From Patescibacteria group bacterium (GTDB taxonomy: Bacteria > Patescibacteriota > Microgenomatia > 0-14-0-10-38-17): a stretch of DNA of 64,000 bases. Each line of letters opens with the position of its first letter. Position 1 is the first letter of the stretch. The stretch is taken from positions 25,992-89,991 of the forward strand of contig JBMNVW010000003.1 of the NCBI GenBank assembly GCA_050947035.1. The letters run 5' to 3'. This document shows positions 47,414 to 57,607 of the stretch, piece after piece. The position numbers were made by a program, and so were the translations under genes. A model generated the notes under the pieces. The model saw only the letters and a program-made list of their open reading frames with translations. It made no database searches and had not been told where the DNA came from.

Positions 47414-48685
47414 ATGCTCGATATTAATTTCATCCGCCGGAATCAAGAGCTAGTTAAGAAGGCGGCTCGTGACAAACAAATGAACGAGGGGATAGTTGAT
47501 AAGCTTATTATTGTTGATGATAAACGTCGAGAGCTTATTAAAGCCATAGATGACCTGCGGGCCAAAAGAAACGAGGCGGCCAAGAACAAAGACATTCCTT
47601 TGGGAAAAGAGGTTAAGGTTAAGCTTAAAAAGCTAGAACCGCAGCTAAGAGAAGTTCAAGACCAGTATCGACAGTTAATGCTTCAAGTTCCCAACTTGCC
47701 ATCCGATGACACCCCAATTGGTAAAACTAGTGAAGATAATCAAGAGATTGAGACATGGGGGAAAATACCCGAATTTGATTTTCCTGTTCAGGACCATATT
47801 GCTTTGGGAGAAAAATTAGATTTAATTGATTTGGAAAAGGGGGCGCAAACAGCCGGTTTTAGAGGCTATTATTTAAAAAATGCCGCGGCCAAACTTCATT
47901 TTGCTGTTCTTTTTTACGCTTGGCAAAAGATAATTGAGGCTGGTTTTACTCCCATGGTGCCGCCAACAATTTTACGAGAATTTGCCCTGGTCGGTAGTGG
48001 CCATTTTCCTTTTGGCAAAGAAGACGTTTATCAAATTGCCAACCCCTCTCGTCTTGCTTCAGGTGAAGAATCAGGAGAACCAGAATATTTGGCCGGGACG
48101 GCTGAACCATCCCTATTGGCTTATTTTGCCAATACCACCTTGGAAGAAAAGGATTTACCAGTTATGGTCGCCGGCTGGACCCCCTGTTATCGGTCAGAGG
48201 CGGGTAGTTACGGTAAGGACACCCAAGGGATTTATCGGATTCACGAATTTTCTAAGGTCGAACAGGTGGTTCTTTGTCAGGCCGATAATCAAGTTTCTGA
48301 TCAGTGGTTAGAAAAGATGAAAGATGTTTCGGTTGGGATTTTACAAGATTTTGGGCTTCCCTATCGAGTGGTTAAGGTTTGTACCGGTGATATGGGAGCA
48401 GGAAAGCGGAAAATGTATGATGTTGAGACCTGGATGCCGTCTCGAAAAGGCTATGGTGAAACCCACTCAGACTCAAACCTGACCGATTGGCAATCGCGGC
48501 GGTTAAATATTTCCTATAAAAACAAAAAAGGTCGAAAAACACTTGTTCACGCTTTAAATAATACCGTTTTGGCTAGCCCCAGGATTTTAATTGCTATTTT
48601 AGAAAACAATCAACAAAAGGATGGTTCTGTTATTATCCCCAAAGTATTAAGAAGCTTGGTTGGCCTTAACAAAATTACCCCATAA
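47414..48685 (+). CDS. serS: serine--tRNA ligase
   Basis: MLDINFIR, GTAE, CYRSEAG, HEFSKVEQ and HALNNT motifs. Confidence 0.97.
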   Translation: MLDINFIRRNQELVKKAARDKQMNEGIVDKLIIVDDKRRELIKAIDDLRAKRNEAAKNKDIPLGKEVKVKLKKLEPQLREVQDQYRQLMLQVPNLPSDDTPIGKTSEDNQEIETWGKIPEFDFPVQDHIALGEKLDLIDLEKGAQTAGFRGYYLKNAAAKLHFAVLFYAWQKIIEAGFTPMVPPTILREFALVGSGHFPFGKEDVYQIANPSRLASGEESGEPEYLAGTAEPSLLAYFANTTLEEKDLPVMVAGWTPCYRSEAGSYGKDTQGIYRIHEFSKVEQVVLCQADNQVSDQWLEKMKDVSVGILQDFGLPYRVVKVCTGDMGAGKRKMYDVETWMPSRKGYGETHSDSNLTDWQSRRLNISYKNKKGRKTLVHALNNTVLASPRILIAILENNQQKDGSVIIPKVLRSLVGLNKITP

Positions 48686-49990
48686 AAACTTGTCTTCAGA
48701 ATCGATTATTTTAACAGGAAGGATTTCACCGATTAAATCTTTTTTCTTGTTTTCTTTAGTCTTGATTTTGGTTGGCCAATAGTTATCAGAAAGCCCCCAC
48801 CAACCGTAAGAAGTAGGTTTTAAAATTAATATTTTTCTGGTTGTGCCAAGCAAAAAGTTTCTTTCTTTTTTTCGATTTTTCTTGATGAGGGTAAGAAGTT
48901 TATTTCTTCGTTTCTTTTTGATTTGATCAGAAATTTTGGACCAGGCTTTATTTTTAACCATTTTTTTAGCTTTAGTTTGCGGACGAGGAGAATAAGAAAA
49001 AAGATGGCCAAAGGAAAATCGGTTTTTTTTAATAAATTCTTGAGTTTGGTCAAATTCTTGATCGGTTTCGCCGGGAAAACCAATCATAATGTCGGCCCGA
49101 AGAGTAAAATAAGGAAGAATTTCTTTAATATAATGTAGCGATTGGCTCAATTGTTTTAAATTGGTCTGGCGGTTCATGCGCTCTAAAACCGTTTCTGATC
49201 CGGACTGAAGGGCCAAATGCCAATATGAAGATAAGCGTTGATTTTTTTCTTGATCGGTAATAAAAATATTGATTAGTTTTTGATCGATTAATTTGGGGGT
49301 TAGTGAGCTTAGTGACAATCGGGGGATTTTAGTTTTTTTTAAGATTTCCTCAATTAAATCGGCAAAAGTAGTCGGCGAATCAAGATCCTGACCAAAAAGA
49401 GAAAGATTGATACCACAAATAATAGCCTCTTTTGCTCCGGCCTGATGAGCCTGATTAATTTCTTTGACGATTTGTTTTGGTTTTTTACTAGTTTGCTTTG
49501 TTCTTAAATAGGGAACAATACAATAAGAACAAAAATGGTTACAACCATCCTGAATTTTAACAAAAGCTCGCTTGATAGATCCTGGATCTATCAGAGCCTT
49601 TTGTATAGGGAGATCCTGGATCTGGCAAGAAAAAGCGAAGTGTTTGGTAATAATTTTAGGGATGGTTGATTTTTTTTCGTTGGTAATGAATAAATCAGCC
49701 GGTGGTAATTGCTTTTTTTTAGAAACTTTGAGCCAGAGGTTGGCCGCACAACCGGTAGCGATTAAGAAACAATTAGGGTAAATTTTTTTAAAATGGCGAA
49801 TGGCTTTAGCGCTTTCTCGTTCTCCTTTTTGGGTAATAACGCAGGTATTGATAATAACAATATCGGGTGACTGGCCATCTTTGGCCTTCTGATAACCAAG
49901 GTTGATAAGCTGATTACTGATTTTTTTAGTTTCGGCTTGGTTAACTCGGCAACCTAAGGTTTGGGTTAAAAAAGTAGCTTTGGCGGACAT
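48647..49990 (-). CDS. mtaB: MtaB-like tRNA methylthiotransferase
   Basis: TLGCRVNQAE, NTCVIT and KIQDGCNHFCSYC motifs. Confidence 0.85.
   Translation of the reverse strand: MSAKATFLTQTLGCRVNQAETKKISNQLINLGYQKAKDGQSPDIVIINTCVITQKGERESAKAIRHFKKIYPNCFLIATGCAANLWLKVSKKKQLPPADLFITNEKKSTIPKIITKHFAFSCQIQDLPIQKALIDPGSIKRAFVKIQDGCNHFCSYCIVPYLRTKQTSKKPKQIVKEINQAHQAGAKEAIICGINLSLFGQDLDSPTTFADLIEEILKKTKIPRLSLSSLTPKLIDQKLINIFITDQEKNQRLSSYWHLALQSGSETVLERMNRQTNLKQLSQSLHYIKEILPYFTLRADIMIGFPGETDQEFDQTQEFIKKNRFSFGHLFSYSPRPQTKAKKMVKNKAWSKISDQIKKKRRNKLLTLIKKNRKKERNFLLGTTRKILILKPTSYGWWGLSDNYWPTKIKTKENKKKDLIGEILPVKIIDSEDKFLWGNFVKANQAS
49573..49623. repeat. two AGATCCTGGATCT palindromes inside mtaB
   Basis: TGATAGATCCTGGATCTATCA at 49573-49593 and AGATCCTGGATCT at 49611-49623. 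Confidence 0.8.
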
Positions 49991-50049
49991 GGATTAATTA
50001 TATAATATGATTTTTGATTTTTAGTATGGATTGCTATAATTAGAAAGAC

Positions 50050-52791
50050 ATGAAAAATATTTTGACGAAATTGTTTTCTTCTCAAAAACGAGAACTGGCT
50101 CGTCTTCAGGACTTGGTAGATAAGATTAACGGTTGGGAAAAAAATTTAGAGAAATTAACCAATAAACAGATTGAAAAAAAGAGCCGAGAGTTAAAAAAAA
50201 GATTAAAAAAAGAAAAGCCGGAGGCTCTTTTGCCAGAAGCCTTTGCTTTGGTTAGGGAAGCGGCCAAAAGAACTATTGGCCAGCGGCACTTTGATGTTCA
50301 AATGATAGCCGCCATTGCTCTTTTTGAGGGTAAGGCGATTGAACAAAAAACCGGCGAGGGTAAAACCCTGGCAGCTACTCCGGCTCTTTTTTTACGGGCC
50401 CTAGAGGGTAGGGGAGTTCATTTGGTGACGGTCAATGATTATTTGGCCAGGCGAGATGCCGGTTGGATGGGACAAATTTTTAATCTTTTGGGTTTGTCAA
50501 CAGGCGGCATAATTCATGACCAGGCCTTTATTTACGATCCTGAATTTAGTCAGAAAGCCGATGATGATCGTTTGCGCCACCTGCGGCCAGTAGAGAGAAG
50601 GGCAGCCTATCAGGCTGATATTACTTACGGGACCAATAATGAATTTGGTTTTGATTATCTTCGTGATAATATGGCTCATAATTTGGCCGATAAAGTTCAG
50701 CGGCCCCATTATTTTGCCATTGTTGATGAAGTTGATTTTGCCTTAATCGACGAGGCTCGGACCCCGTTGATTATTTCTTCTCCCGAAGCCGAACCAACGG
50801 AAAAATATTATCAATTTGCTCGCCTAATCCGTTCACTTTCTTCTCAAACCGATTATTCGATTGATGAGGAATCGCGAAGCGTTTCCTTAACCGATCACGG
50901 TATTACCAAGATAGAAAAATCTTTGGGGGTGGATAATCTTTACGAAAAGGATTTCGAAACCATTCACCATATTGAAAATGCCCTAAAAGCCAAAGAGCTT
51001 TTTCGTTTAGATAGAGATTATGTTGTTAAAGAGGGGGAAATTGTTATTGTTGACGAGTTTACTGGCCGGTTAATGTTTGGTCGGCGTTGGTCCGGGGGCT
51101 TGCATCAAGCCGTAGAAGCCAAGGAGGGAGTCGAAATAAAGCAAGAGTCTAAGACTTTGGCCACTATTTCTTTTCAAAATTATTTTCGTCTTTATCAACA
51201 TCTTTCGGGTATGACCGGGACGGCCATGACCTCGGCGGAGGAATTTCGAAAAATTTATCATTTAGAAACTTTGGCCATCCCCACCAATCGGCCGGTAATT
51301 AGAAAAGATTATGAAGACGCTATTTTTAAAAATCAACGAGCCAAATATACGGCTGTTGCCAATGAGGTGGCTCAATACCACCAAAAAGGTCAACCGGTTT
51401 TGGTGGGGACTACCTCAATTGAAAAAAACGAAATTGTTTCCCGGCTGTTAAAACATAAAAAAATTCCTCATCAGGTTCTTAATGCCAAAAATCATGAAAA
51501 AGAAGCTTCAGTTTTGGCCCAAGCCGGAGCCAAGGGGGCAGTGACCGTGGCTACCAACATGGCCGGGCGGGGGGTGGACATTGTTTTAGGGGGAGAAGAG
51601 CCGAAACAAGCTCGAAGTTCAAAGTCCAAAAATCAAAGTAATTATGAAAAAGTCCGCCAGGCCTGGCAAAAGAAACATGATGAGGTGGTCGCCCTGGGGG
51701 GTTTGCATGTTATCGGAACCGAAAGGCATGAGGCCAGAAGGATTGATGACCAACTTCGGGGTCGGGCTGGCCGTCAAGGCGATCCTGGTTCTAGTCGATT
51801 TTTTATCGCCCTAGATGACGATATGATGCGGGTATTTGGCGGCCAACAAATTGCTTCTTTGATGAATCGATTTAATTTTCCTGATGATGTCCCGATAGAA
51901 AACCGATTTATTTCTCGCTCGATTGAGCAAATTCAGTCTAAGGTAGAAGGAGTTCATTTTGATGCTCGAAAGCGGTTGGTGGAATATGATGATGTGGCCA
52001 ACAAACAAAGAGAAATTGTCTATCGACTTCGTGACCAAATTTTAACTTTAGCCGATCAAGAAAAATTCGAAAGCTTGAAAAATAATTTATTAGGCCGGAT
52101 TAATGAAGAAGTTGATAGTTTGGTTGAGGCTAATTTTATTACTGTTCCTAATTCTGAAGCGGATGAAAAAAAGGTTAATTTTGAGGCCTTGATTCGTGAA
52201 TTTGCCGAGATTTTACCCCTTGACAACGATTCCCAGCAAAAGTTAATAAAAACCCTAGCCGGAAAGGAAAAGGCGGGTGTAAGGGAATATCTTAAAAATA
52301 TGGCCAAGAAATTTTTTCAAGAACTGACCGAAAAGTTGGGTGAGCGAAGAATGATTGAGGTTGGCAAGTTGGTTTTGTTGGGGACTATTGATCGTCTTTG
52401 GGTTGATCATTTAGACCAAATGGAAGAATTAAGAGAGGGGGTAGCCGTCCGTTCTTATGGCCAACAAGACCCCTTATCAATTTATCGTCATGAGGCTTTT
52501 GATCAATTTGAGCAGTTAATGGGCCAGATCGATTATCAGGTGGCGAGAAAAATTTTCCGGGTTCAGTTTGCTGGTTCGGCTCGGCCATCATTTTTCCAAA
52601 GTGCCCAAACCAACGTTGACAGTCAAGACGGGATGGGTTTGGTTGGCAATCAAAACCTTCTCGGTCAGGAAAGAAAAAAAACCAAAGTTAAAACCGTGGT
52701 TAACAAAGTGAAGTCGCCGGGTCGCAATGATCCCTGCCCCTGTGGGAGCGGAAAAAAATATAAGAAATGTTGCTACCCAAAATATGGTTGA
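50050..52791 (+). CDS. secA: preprotein translocase ATPase SecA
   Basis: KTGEGKT, DEVD, ATNMAGRG and GRNDPCPCGSGKKYKKCC. Confidence 0.98.
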   Translation: MKNILTKLFSSQKRELARLQDLVDKINGWEKNLEKLTNKQIEKKSRELKKRLKKEKPEALLPEAFALVREAAKRTIGQRHFDVQMIAAIALFEGKAIEQKTGEGKTLAATPALFLRALEGRGVHLVTVNDYLARRDAGWMGQIFNLLGLSTGGIIHDQAFIYDPEFSQKADDDRLRHLRPVERRAAYQADITYGTNNEFGFDYLRDNMAHNLADKVQRPHYFAIVDEVDFALIDEARTPLIISSPEAEPTEKYYQFARLIRSLSSQTDYSIDEESRSVSLTDHGITKIEKSLGVDNLYEKDFETIHHIENALKAKELFRLDRDYVVKEGEIVIVDEFTGRLMFGRRWSGGLHQAVEAKEGVEIKQESKTLATISFQNYFRLYQHLSGMTGTAMTSAEEFRKIYHLETLAIPTNRPVIRKDYEDAIFKNQRAKYTAVANEVAQYHQKGQPVLVGTTSIEKNEIVSRLLKHKKIPHQVLNAKNHEKEASVLAQAGAKGAVTVATNMAGRGVDIVLGGEEPKQARSSKSKNQSNYEKVRQAWQKKHDEVVALGGLHVIGTERHEARRIDDQLRGRAGRQGDPGSSRFFIALDDDMMRVFGGQQIASLMNRFNFPDDVPIENRFISRSIEQIQSKVEGVHFDARKRLVEYDDVANKQREIVYRLRDQILTLADQEKFESLKNNLLGRINEEVDSLVEANFITVPNSEADEKKVNFEALIREFAEILPLDNDSQQKLIKTLAGKEKAGVREYLKNMAKKFFQELTEKLGERRMIEVGKLVLLGTIDRLWVDHLDQMEELREGVAVRSYGQQDPLSIYRHEAFDQFEQLMGQIDYQVARKIFRVQFAGSARPSFFQSAQTNVDSQDGMGLVGNQNLLGQERKKTKVKTVVNKVKSPGRNDPCPCGSGKKYKKCCYPKYG

Positions 52792-53578
52792 CGAAGATCT
52801 AACCGTTTTTTCTTTTAATTTTGCCGGCTTGCCGTTAATAACCAAAAACTATCGGAGCCGGTTAAAATATTTACTTGATCTTTTGCCTAAAGTTGGTGCC
52901 GATGTTTTTTGTTTTCAAGAAGTTTGGTCAAAAAGAGCCCAGAAGAAAATAATTGCCTGCCTTGAAGATAATAATTTTCCCTATCATTATCGGGTTTCCG
53001 GTTTTTGTTTTAACGGTCTATTGATAGTTTCTCGTTATCCGATAAAAAAAGGCCAGTTTTATCCAATTAAGGGCTATTTTTATGATCTTAAGCGGTTTAT
53101 TATGGAGCTGCCTCTTTTTTCTAAAGGCTATCAGGTGGTGGATTTGGTTTTGCCCAAAACAGAAATTAAATTGTTTAATATTCACCTTCGAATTGACTGG
53201 AGTCAGGAGTTATGGCGAGAAAGTAAGCCTAAAGTTGTCAATCGTCAGGCAGTTGCCAACCTGATTAATCATGTTAATCTTTTGGGGAGAAAAAAGGTTG
53301 TTTTGGCCGGAGATTTTAATATTCGACCTGGGGATGAGCTTTATAAACAGCTTGTTGATTTGGCTGGACTTGGACCCGTTAGTCCTGTTGAGGGCCAAAT
53401 AGTTTTGCCGCTTATTTTCCGTTGGCCAATTGCTTCCGGGGTGGGAATTAGTGATCATATTTTCGCCAAAAACTTTTTTGATCTTAGCTATCAGGCGCAA
53501 ATTGTTGCCAATCAGCCAATTAAAAATGGGGTTTATTTATCAGACCACGCGGCTATTTTAACCAAAATATCTTGGTGA
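52784..53578 (+). CDS. endonuclease/exonuclease/phosphatase family protein
   Basis: SFN, CFQEVW, AGDFN, DHIF and SDH motifs. Confidence 0.9.
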   Translation: MVDEDLTVFSFNFAGLPLITKNYRSRLKYLLDLLPKVGADVFCFQEVWSKRAQKKIIACLEDNNFPYHYRVSGFCFNGLLIVSRYPIKKGQFYPIKGYFYDLKRFIMELPLFSKGYQVVDLVLPKTEIKLFNIHLRIDWSQELWRESKPKVVNRQAVANLINHVNLLGRKKVVLAGDFNIRPGDELYKQLVDLAGLGPVSPVEGQIVLPLIFRWPIASGVGISDHIFAKNFFDLSYQAQIVANQPIKNGVYLSDHAAILTKISW

Positions 53579-53691
53579 AAATAGTCATTTTTCTTGGCTA
53601 GATTGAAGGCATGTTATAATTTACTAGGGTAAAACTTCTTTTAGATAGAAGCTCTTTTTGGGGCCCTTCTTTTAATTTAGCAAAGTTTTTT

Positions 53692-55428
53692 ATGAGAATT
53701 TTTTCTTTATTTTTCCAGTTCCTGTGGCGCTATAAAAAGCGTTTTATTTTTTTTATTTTTGTTTTGCTGGCTGGCTCGGTTTTAACGGCCATTCAACCTT
53801 ATTTTTACAAAATTTTTGTTGATAATTTACCCTCGTTAGATTATTCGTTTCTTTTGAAAACTTTGGCCGCTTATATTGGTATTAGGCTGTTGGACAATTT
53901 GGTTTCAGTGGTGACTCACTTTTTAGCAGACAAAGTTTTAATTCCTGTTGCCCGTGATGCTCGATTAAAAGTTTTTGCTCAGGTTCAAGACCTCGACTTT
54001 GCTTATCATACCGAGAAAAACACCGGCTCATTAATCAGTGCCTTTAAAAGAGGCGACAACGCTCTTTTTGACATCTTTCATAACGGCATGAGCCTTTTTC
54101 GAATTATGGTTATTTTTATTGTCATGTTGTTCTTTTTTGTTGATGTTGACTATTGGGTAACTTTGCCCTTGGTTTTAGTGGTTATTATTAATCTTCTTTT
54201 AATTTATCGATTGATTTTGATAAACATGGATAGGCGCAAAGAGTTTAATGATGCCGAAGACAAGGTTTCGGCAATTATTACTGACAACTTGATTAATTTT
54301 GAAACAGTTAAGTATTTTGCTAAAGAAAACTGGGAGCGTTGGCGTTTGAAAAAAACTTTTCGATCCTGGTCTGATAAGCTTTGGCGGTTTTCCAACTCTT
54401 TTCGCTTAATGGACATTTCTTTAGGAAGTGTTTCTAATTTGGGGGTGGGGATAATTTTGTTGATCGCCCTAAGGCGTTTAGTGGCTGGTCAAATTGGCCC
54501 GGGCGATTTTGTTTTAGTGTTGGGTTTTATCAATAGCTTTTTTCCGCGCCTTTTTGAAATCTTTTTTAATTTGAGAAGTTTAACTTCTCGTCATGTTGAC
54601 CTAAGGCGTTATTTTGAAGTTTTAACCAAGCCGGTTTTAGTCAAAGATCCGGTTAAGCCAGCCTCTCTTAAAAATGTTAAGGGAGAAATTGTTTTTTCTG
54701 ATGTTGATTTTTCTTATCCAGGCGGCAAAGAGGGGGCGGTGGCTGATCTTGACTTAACCATTAGGCCGGGGGAAACAATTGCCTTTGTGGGGGCTTCCGG
54801 GGCTGGTAAATCAACAATAGTCAAGCTCTTGATGCGTTTTTATGATGTTGATCAGGGAAAAATTTTGATTGACGGGATTAATATTAAAAAAATTACCAAG
54901 AGCGATTTACGTTCTTTGATTGGCATTGTCCCTCAAGAGCCAATTCTTTTTAACGATACCATTGCTTACAACATTGGTTATGGCTTAGAAAAAGAAGATT
55001 TAGAAAAAATTAAAAAGGCGGCAAAAATGGCCAATTTGGCTGAATTTATTAATTTATTACCTAAAAAATATCAAACAATGGTTGGGGAAAGAGGGGTAAA
55101 ATTATCCGGTGGTCAAAAACAGCGATTAGCTATTGCTCGAATGATTTTAACCAATCCCCAAATTATTGTTTTTGATGAAGCCACTTCTCAATTAGATTCG
55201 GACTCGGAAAAATTGATTCAAAAATCTTTTTGGCAGGCAAAAAGAGGCAAAACGGCCATTATTATTGCTCATCGCCTTTCGACGGTAAGGCGGGCCGATA
55301 GAATAGTGGTTTTAAAAAATGGCCGGATCGTGGAAACCGGCAGTCATAAAAACTTACTTCGTCGACAAAAAGGTATTTATCGACGGCTTTGGCAAATTCA
55401 AACCCAAGCAGAAGAGGGCCATAAGTAA
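53692..55428 (+). CDS. ABC exporter, fused TMD-NBD (MsbA/Atm1-like)
   Basis: TM domain followed by GASGAGKST, LSGGQKQR, DEATS and IAHRLST. Confidence 0.95.
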   Translation: MRIFSLFFQFLWRYKKRFIFFIFVLLAGSVLTAIQPYFYKIFVDNLPSLDYSFLLKTLAAYIGIRLLDNLVSVVTHFLADKVLIPVARDARLKVFAQVQDLDFAYHTEKNTGSLISAFKRGDNALFDIFHNGMSLFRIMVIFIVMLFFFVDVDYWVTLPLVLVVIINLLLIYRLILINMDRRKEFNDAEDKVSAIITDNLINFETVKYFAKENWERWRLKKTFRSWSDKLWRFSNSFRLMDISLGSVSNLGVGIILLIALRRLVAGQIGPGDFVLVLGFINSFFPRLFEIFFNLRSLTSRHVDLRRYFEVLTKPVLVKDPVKPASLKNVKGEIVFSDVDFSYPGGKEGAVADLDLTIRPGETIAFVGASGAGKSTIVKLLMRFYDVDQGKILIDGINIKKITKSDLRSLIGIVPQEPILFNDTIAYNIGYGLEKEDLEKIKKAAKMANLAEFINLLPKKYQTMVGERGVKLSGGQKQRLAIARMILTNPQIIVFDEATSQLDSDSEKLIQKSFWQAKRGKTAIIIAHRLSTVRRADRIVVLKNGRIVETGSHKNLLRRQKGIYRRLWQIQTQAEEGHK

Positions 55429-55467
55429 AATTAGACCGGTCTTAATCGATTGTATTATAATGGGCCT

Positions 55468-55863
55468 ATGGCGAAGTCTTGGTTTTTTAAGCTTCTTATT
55501 TTAGTTATTTTGATAGGCGCTTTAGCCTATTTTTTTGATTCCAATTTGGTTAAAAATTGGTTTGGCTATTCTCAGGTGTTAGGAGAGGAGGCCGGCCCGA
55601 TTTTTGAAGAAAAATTATTATCACCGGCCAAAGATGTTGTCAATCGTCATTTTCGTTGGCCTCAAAAAGAAGACCTGGAACCCCTGCCAAGGTTAGTTGT
55701 CGAAGAAAAAAACCAAGAATCTCCCCCCAGTCAGGCTGAGTTTGATCAGTCTTTGGAAACCCTAACCGAAGAAATTAAGAAACTGCCCCAACAACAGTTA
55801 ATAAAAGTTAAAGAACAGTTAATTAAGGAAATTTTTCCCGATTGTCATTGTGTGTGCGAATAG
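55468..55863 (+). CDS. hypothetical membrane-anchored protein
   Basis: N-terminal TM; TATAAT 6 nt before ATG 55468. Confidence 0.7.
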   Translation: MAKSWFFKLLILVILIGALAYFFDSNLVKNWFGYSQVLGEEAGPIFEEKLLSPAKDVVNRHFRWPQKEDLEPLPRLVVEEKNQESPPSQAEFDQSLETLTEEIKKLPQQQLIKVKEQLIKEIFPDCHCVCE

Positions 55864-55887
55864 GAAAGAAGCTTGTTCTTTTTTTTC

Positions 55888-55972
55888 GTCATCCTGAAGG
55901 AGCGGCAAACGACCGAAGGATCTCTTTTTTGAGCAAAAGGATGGGATCCTTCGCCTAAAGGCTCAGGATGAC
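55888..55972. repeat. REP-like palindromic element (GTCATCCTGA...TCAGGATGAC)
   Basis: 10-bp perfect terminal inverted repeat; internal CGAAGGATC/GATCCTTCG. Confidence 0.85.
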
Positions 55973-56042
55973 AGGGGTAGAGGTTGGTCTAAAAACAACA
56001 TTTAAAAAAACAATTTAACAATATAGTAATTAGATTTTATTT

Positions 56043-57059
56043 ATGGACAAGCAAGAACTAGAGAAAAAACTAGCGGTTATTTTTCAAAAATTAGCGATTG
56101 AGGAGAAAACCAAGAAATTGGCGAAACTAAAAGAAAAAATTAAAGATCAATCTTTTTGGGATGATCACAGGGCGGCCAGCCAGGTTATGCAAGAAATTTC
56201 CACTTTGGAAGCCCTTATTGATCGGGTGACCATGGCCCAACTTTTAGTTGAAGAGGAGAATTGGCCAAAGGCTCGGAAAATAATTAAAACTCTAGAGAGA
56301 GAGCTTTATTTTTCTGGCAAGTATGATTCGGGTCCGGCCATTATGACAATTCAGGCTGGTCAAGGAGGAACCGAGGCGATGGATTGGGCCTCGATGTTAG
56401 TAAGAATGTACCAACGCTTTTTTGAAAGAAAGGGCTGGCAGTATCGAATTTTGGATCGTTCTGCCGGAGATGAGGCTGGTATTAAAAACCTTACTATGAA
56501 GATTGATGGCCCCAACGCTTATGGTTTGTTAAAATTTGAACAAGGAGCTCATCGTTTGGTTCGTCAGTCCCCTTTTAACGCCGATAATCTAAGACAGACC
56601 TCTTTTGCTCGAGTTGAAGTGTTACCGGTTTTACCGGAAGCCGATTTTACTCTAAACGAAGACGAGATTGAGTTTGAGGCCTTTCGAGCTGGTGGTCATG
56701 GCGGTCAAAACGTTAACAAGGTGGCCACAGCGGTTCGTTTGCGTCATAAACCAAGCGGAATCGTGGTTACTTCTCAATCAGAAAGACGGCAATTGCAAAA
56801 TCGCAAAATTGCCCTTGATCTATTAAGAAACAAGCTTTGGGCGCTGGCTGAAGAAGAAAGAGAAAAAACTGCCGCTCAGGTTCGCGGAGAGTATCGCCCC
56901 GCTTCCTGGGGAAATCAGATTCGTTCTTATGTTTTACATCCTTATAAAATGATTAAAGACTTACGAACCAATCAAGAAACCTCGGATGTTGAGAGTTTTT
57001 TAGATGGTGATTTAGAAACTTTTCTTGAGGCTAACCTTAGGCTCTTGGCAACAGTTTAG
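56043..57059 (+). CDS. prfB: peptide chain release factor 2
   Basis: SPF motif and GGQ; continuous ORF. Confidence 0.95.
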   Translation: MDKQELEKKLAVIFQKLAIEEKTKKLAKLKEKIKDQSFWDDHRAASQVMQEISTLEALIDRVTMAQLLVEEENWPKARKIIKTLERELYFSGKYDSGPAIMTIQAGQGGTEAMDWASMLVRMYQRFFERKGWQYRILDRSAGDEAGIKNLTMKIDGPNAYGLLKFEQGAHRLVRQSPFNADNLRQTSFARVEVLPVLPEADFTLNEDEIEFEAFRAGGHGGQNVNKVATAVRLRHKPSGIVVTSQSERRQLQNRKIALDLLRNKLWALAEEEREKTAAQVRGEYRPASWGNQIRSYVLHPYKMIKDLRTNQETSDVESFLDGDLETFLEANLRLLATV

Positions 57060-57092
57060 GGTTTATGATATAGTGAATAAAGTCTTACCTAT

Positions 57093-57590
57093 ATGATTGA
57101 AGAAATTAATCTTGACAACCAGACCTCAAAAGACAAAAATTTAGCCAATAAGCCCGGCAAATCTTTTAGTTGGCCCTCTTTTTTATCAAAGAAAAATTTA
57201 ACGATTGGTTTAGGTAGTTTAGCCATAGTTGGCTTGGGGGTTTTCTCTGGCTGGTTTTTATCTGGGGCTGGTTCCTTAGGTCAGGGGAGACCAATTCAAA
57301 CTGAAGTGAGTCAAGGCGAAAAACCCGAAAAAGGGGAAGAATTTGGTGTTCAGGACAAGGACACTTTTTCTGATCATGCCGTTGGCGAAGTGGCCGAGGG
57401 GGGGGTCAACGGTGAGGGCACCCATCATCTTTTAAGAGAAGGCGGGCCATCACAAACAGTTTTTTTGTTTTCCTCTGTTTTGAATCTTGATGATTTTGTC
57501 GGTCGTAAAGTCGAGGTTTGGGGAGAAACCTTTAGTGCCGAAAAAGCCGGTTGGTTAATGGATGTTGGTAAATTAAAAGTCCTAGATTAG
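57093..57590 (+). CDS. hypothetical membrane protein
   Basis: One TM and a C-terminal beta-rich domain (EGTHHLLR...VEVWGET). Confidence 0.8.
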   Translation: MIEEINLDNQTSKDKNLANKPGKSFSWPSFLSKKNLTIGLGSLAIVGLGVFSGWFLSGAGSLGQGRPIQTEVSQGEKPEKGEEFGVQDKDTFSDHAVGEVAEGGVNGEGTHHLLREGGPSQTVFLFSSVLNLDDFVGRKVEVWGETFSAEKAGWLMDVGKLKVLD

Positions 57591-57607
57591 AAAAATGAAA
57601 TTTTTTT

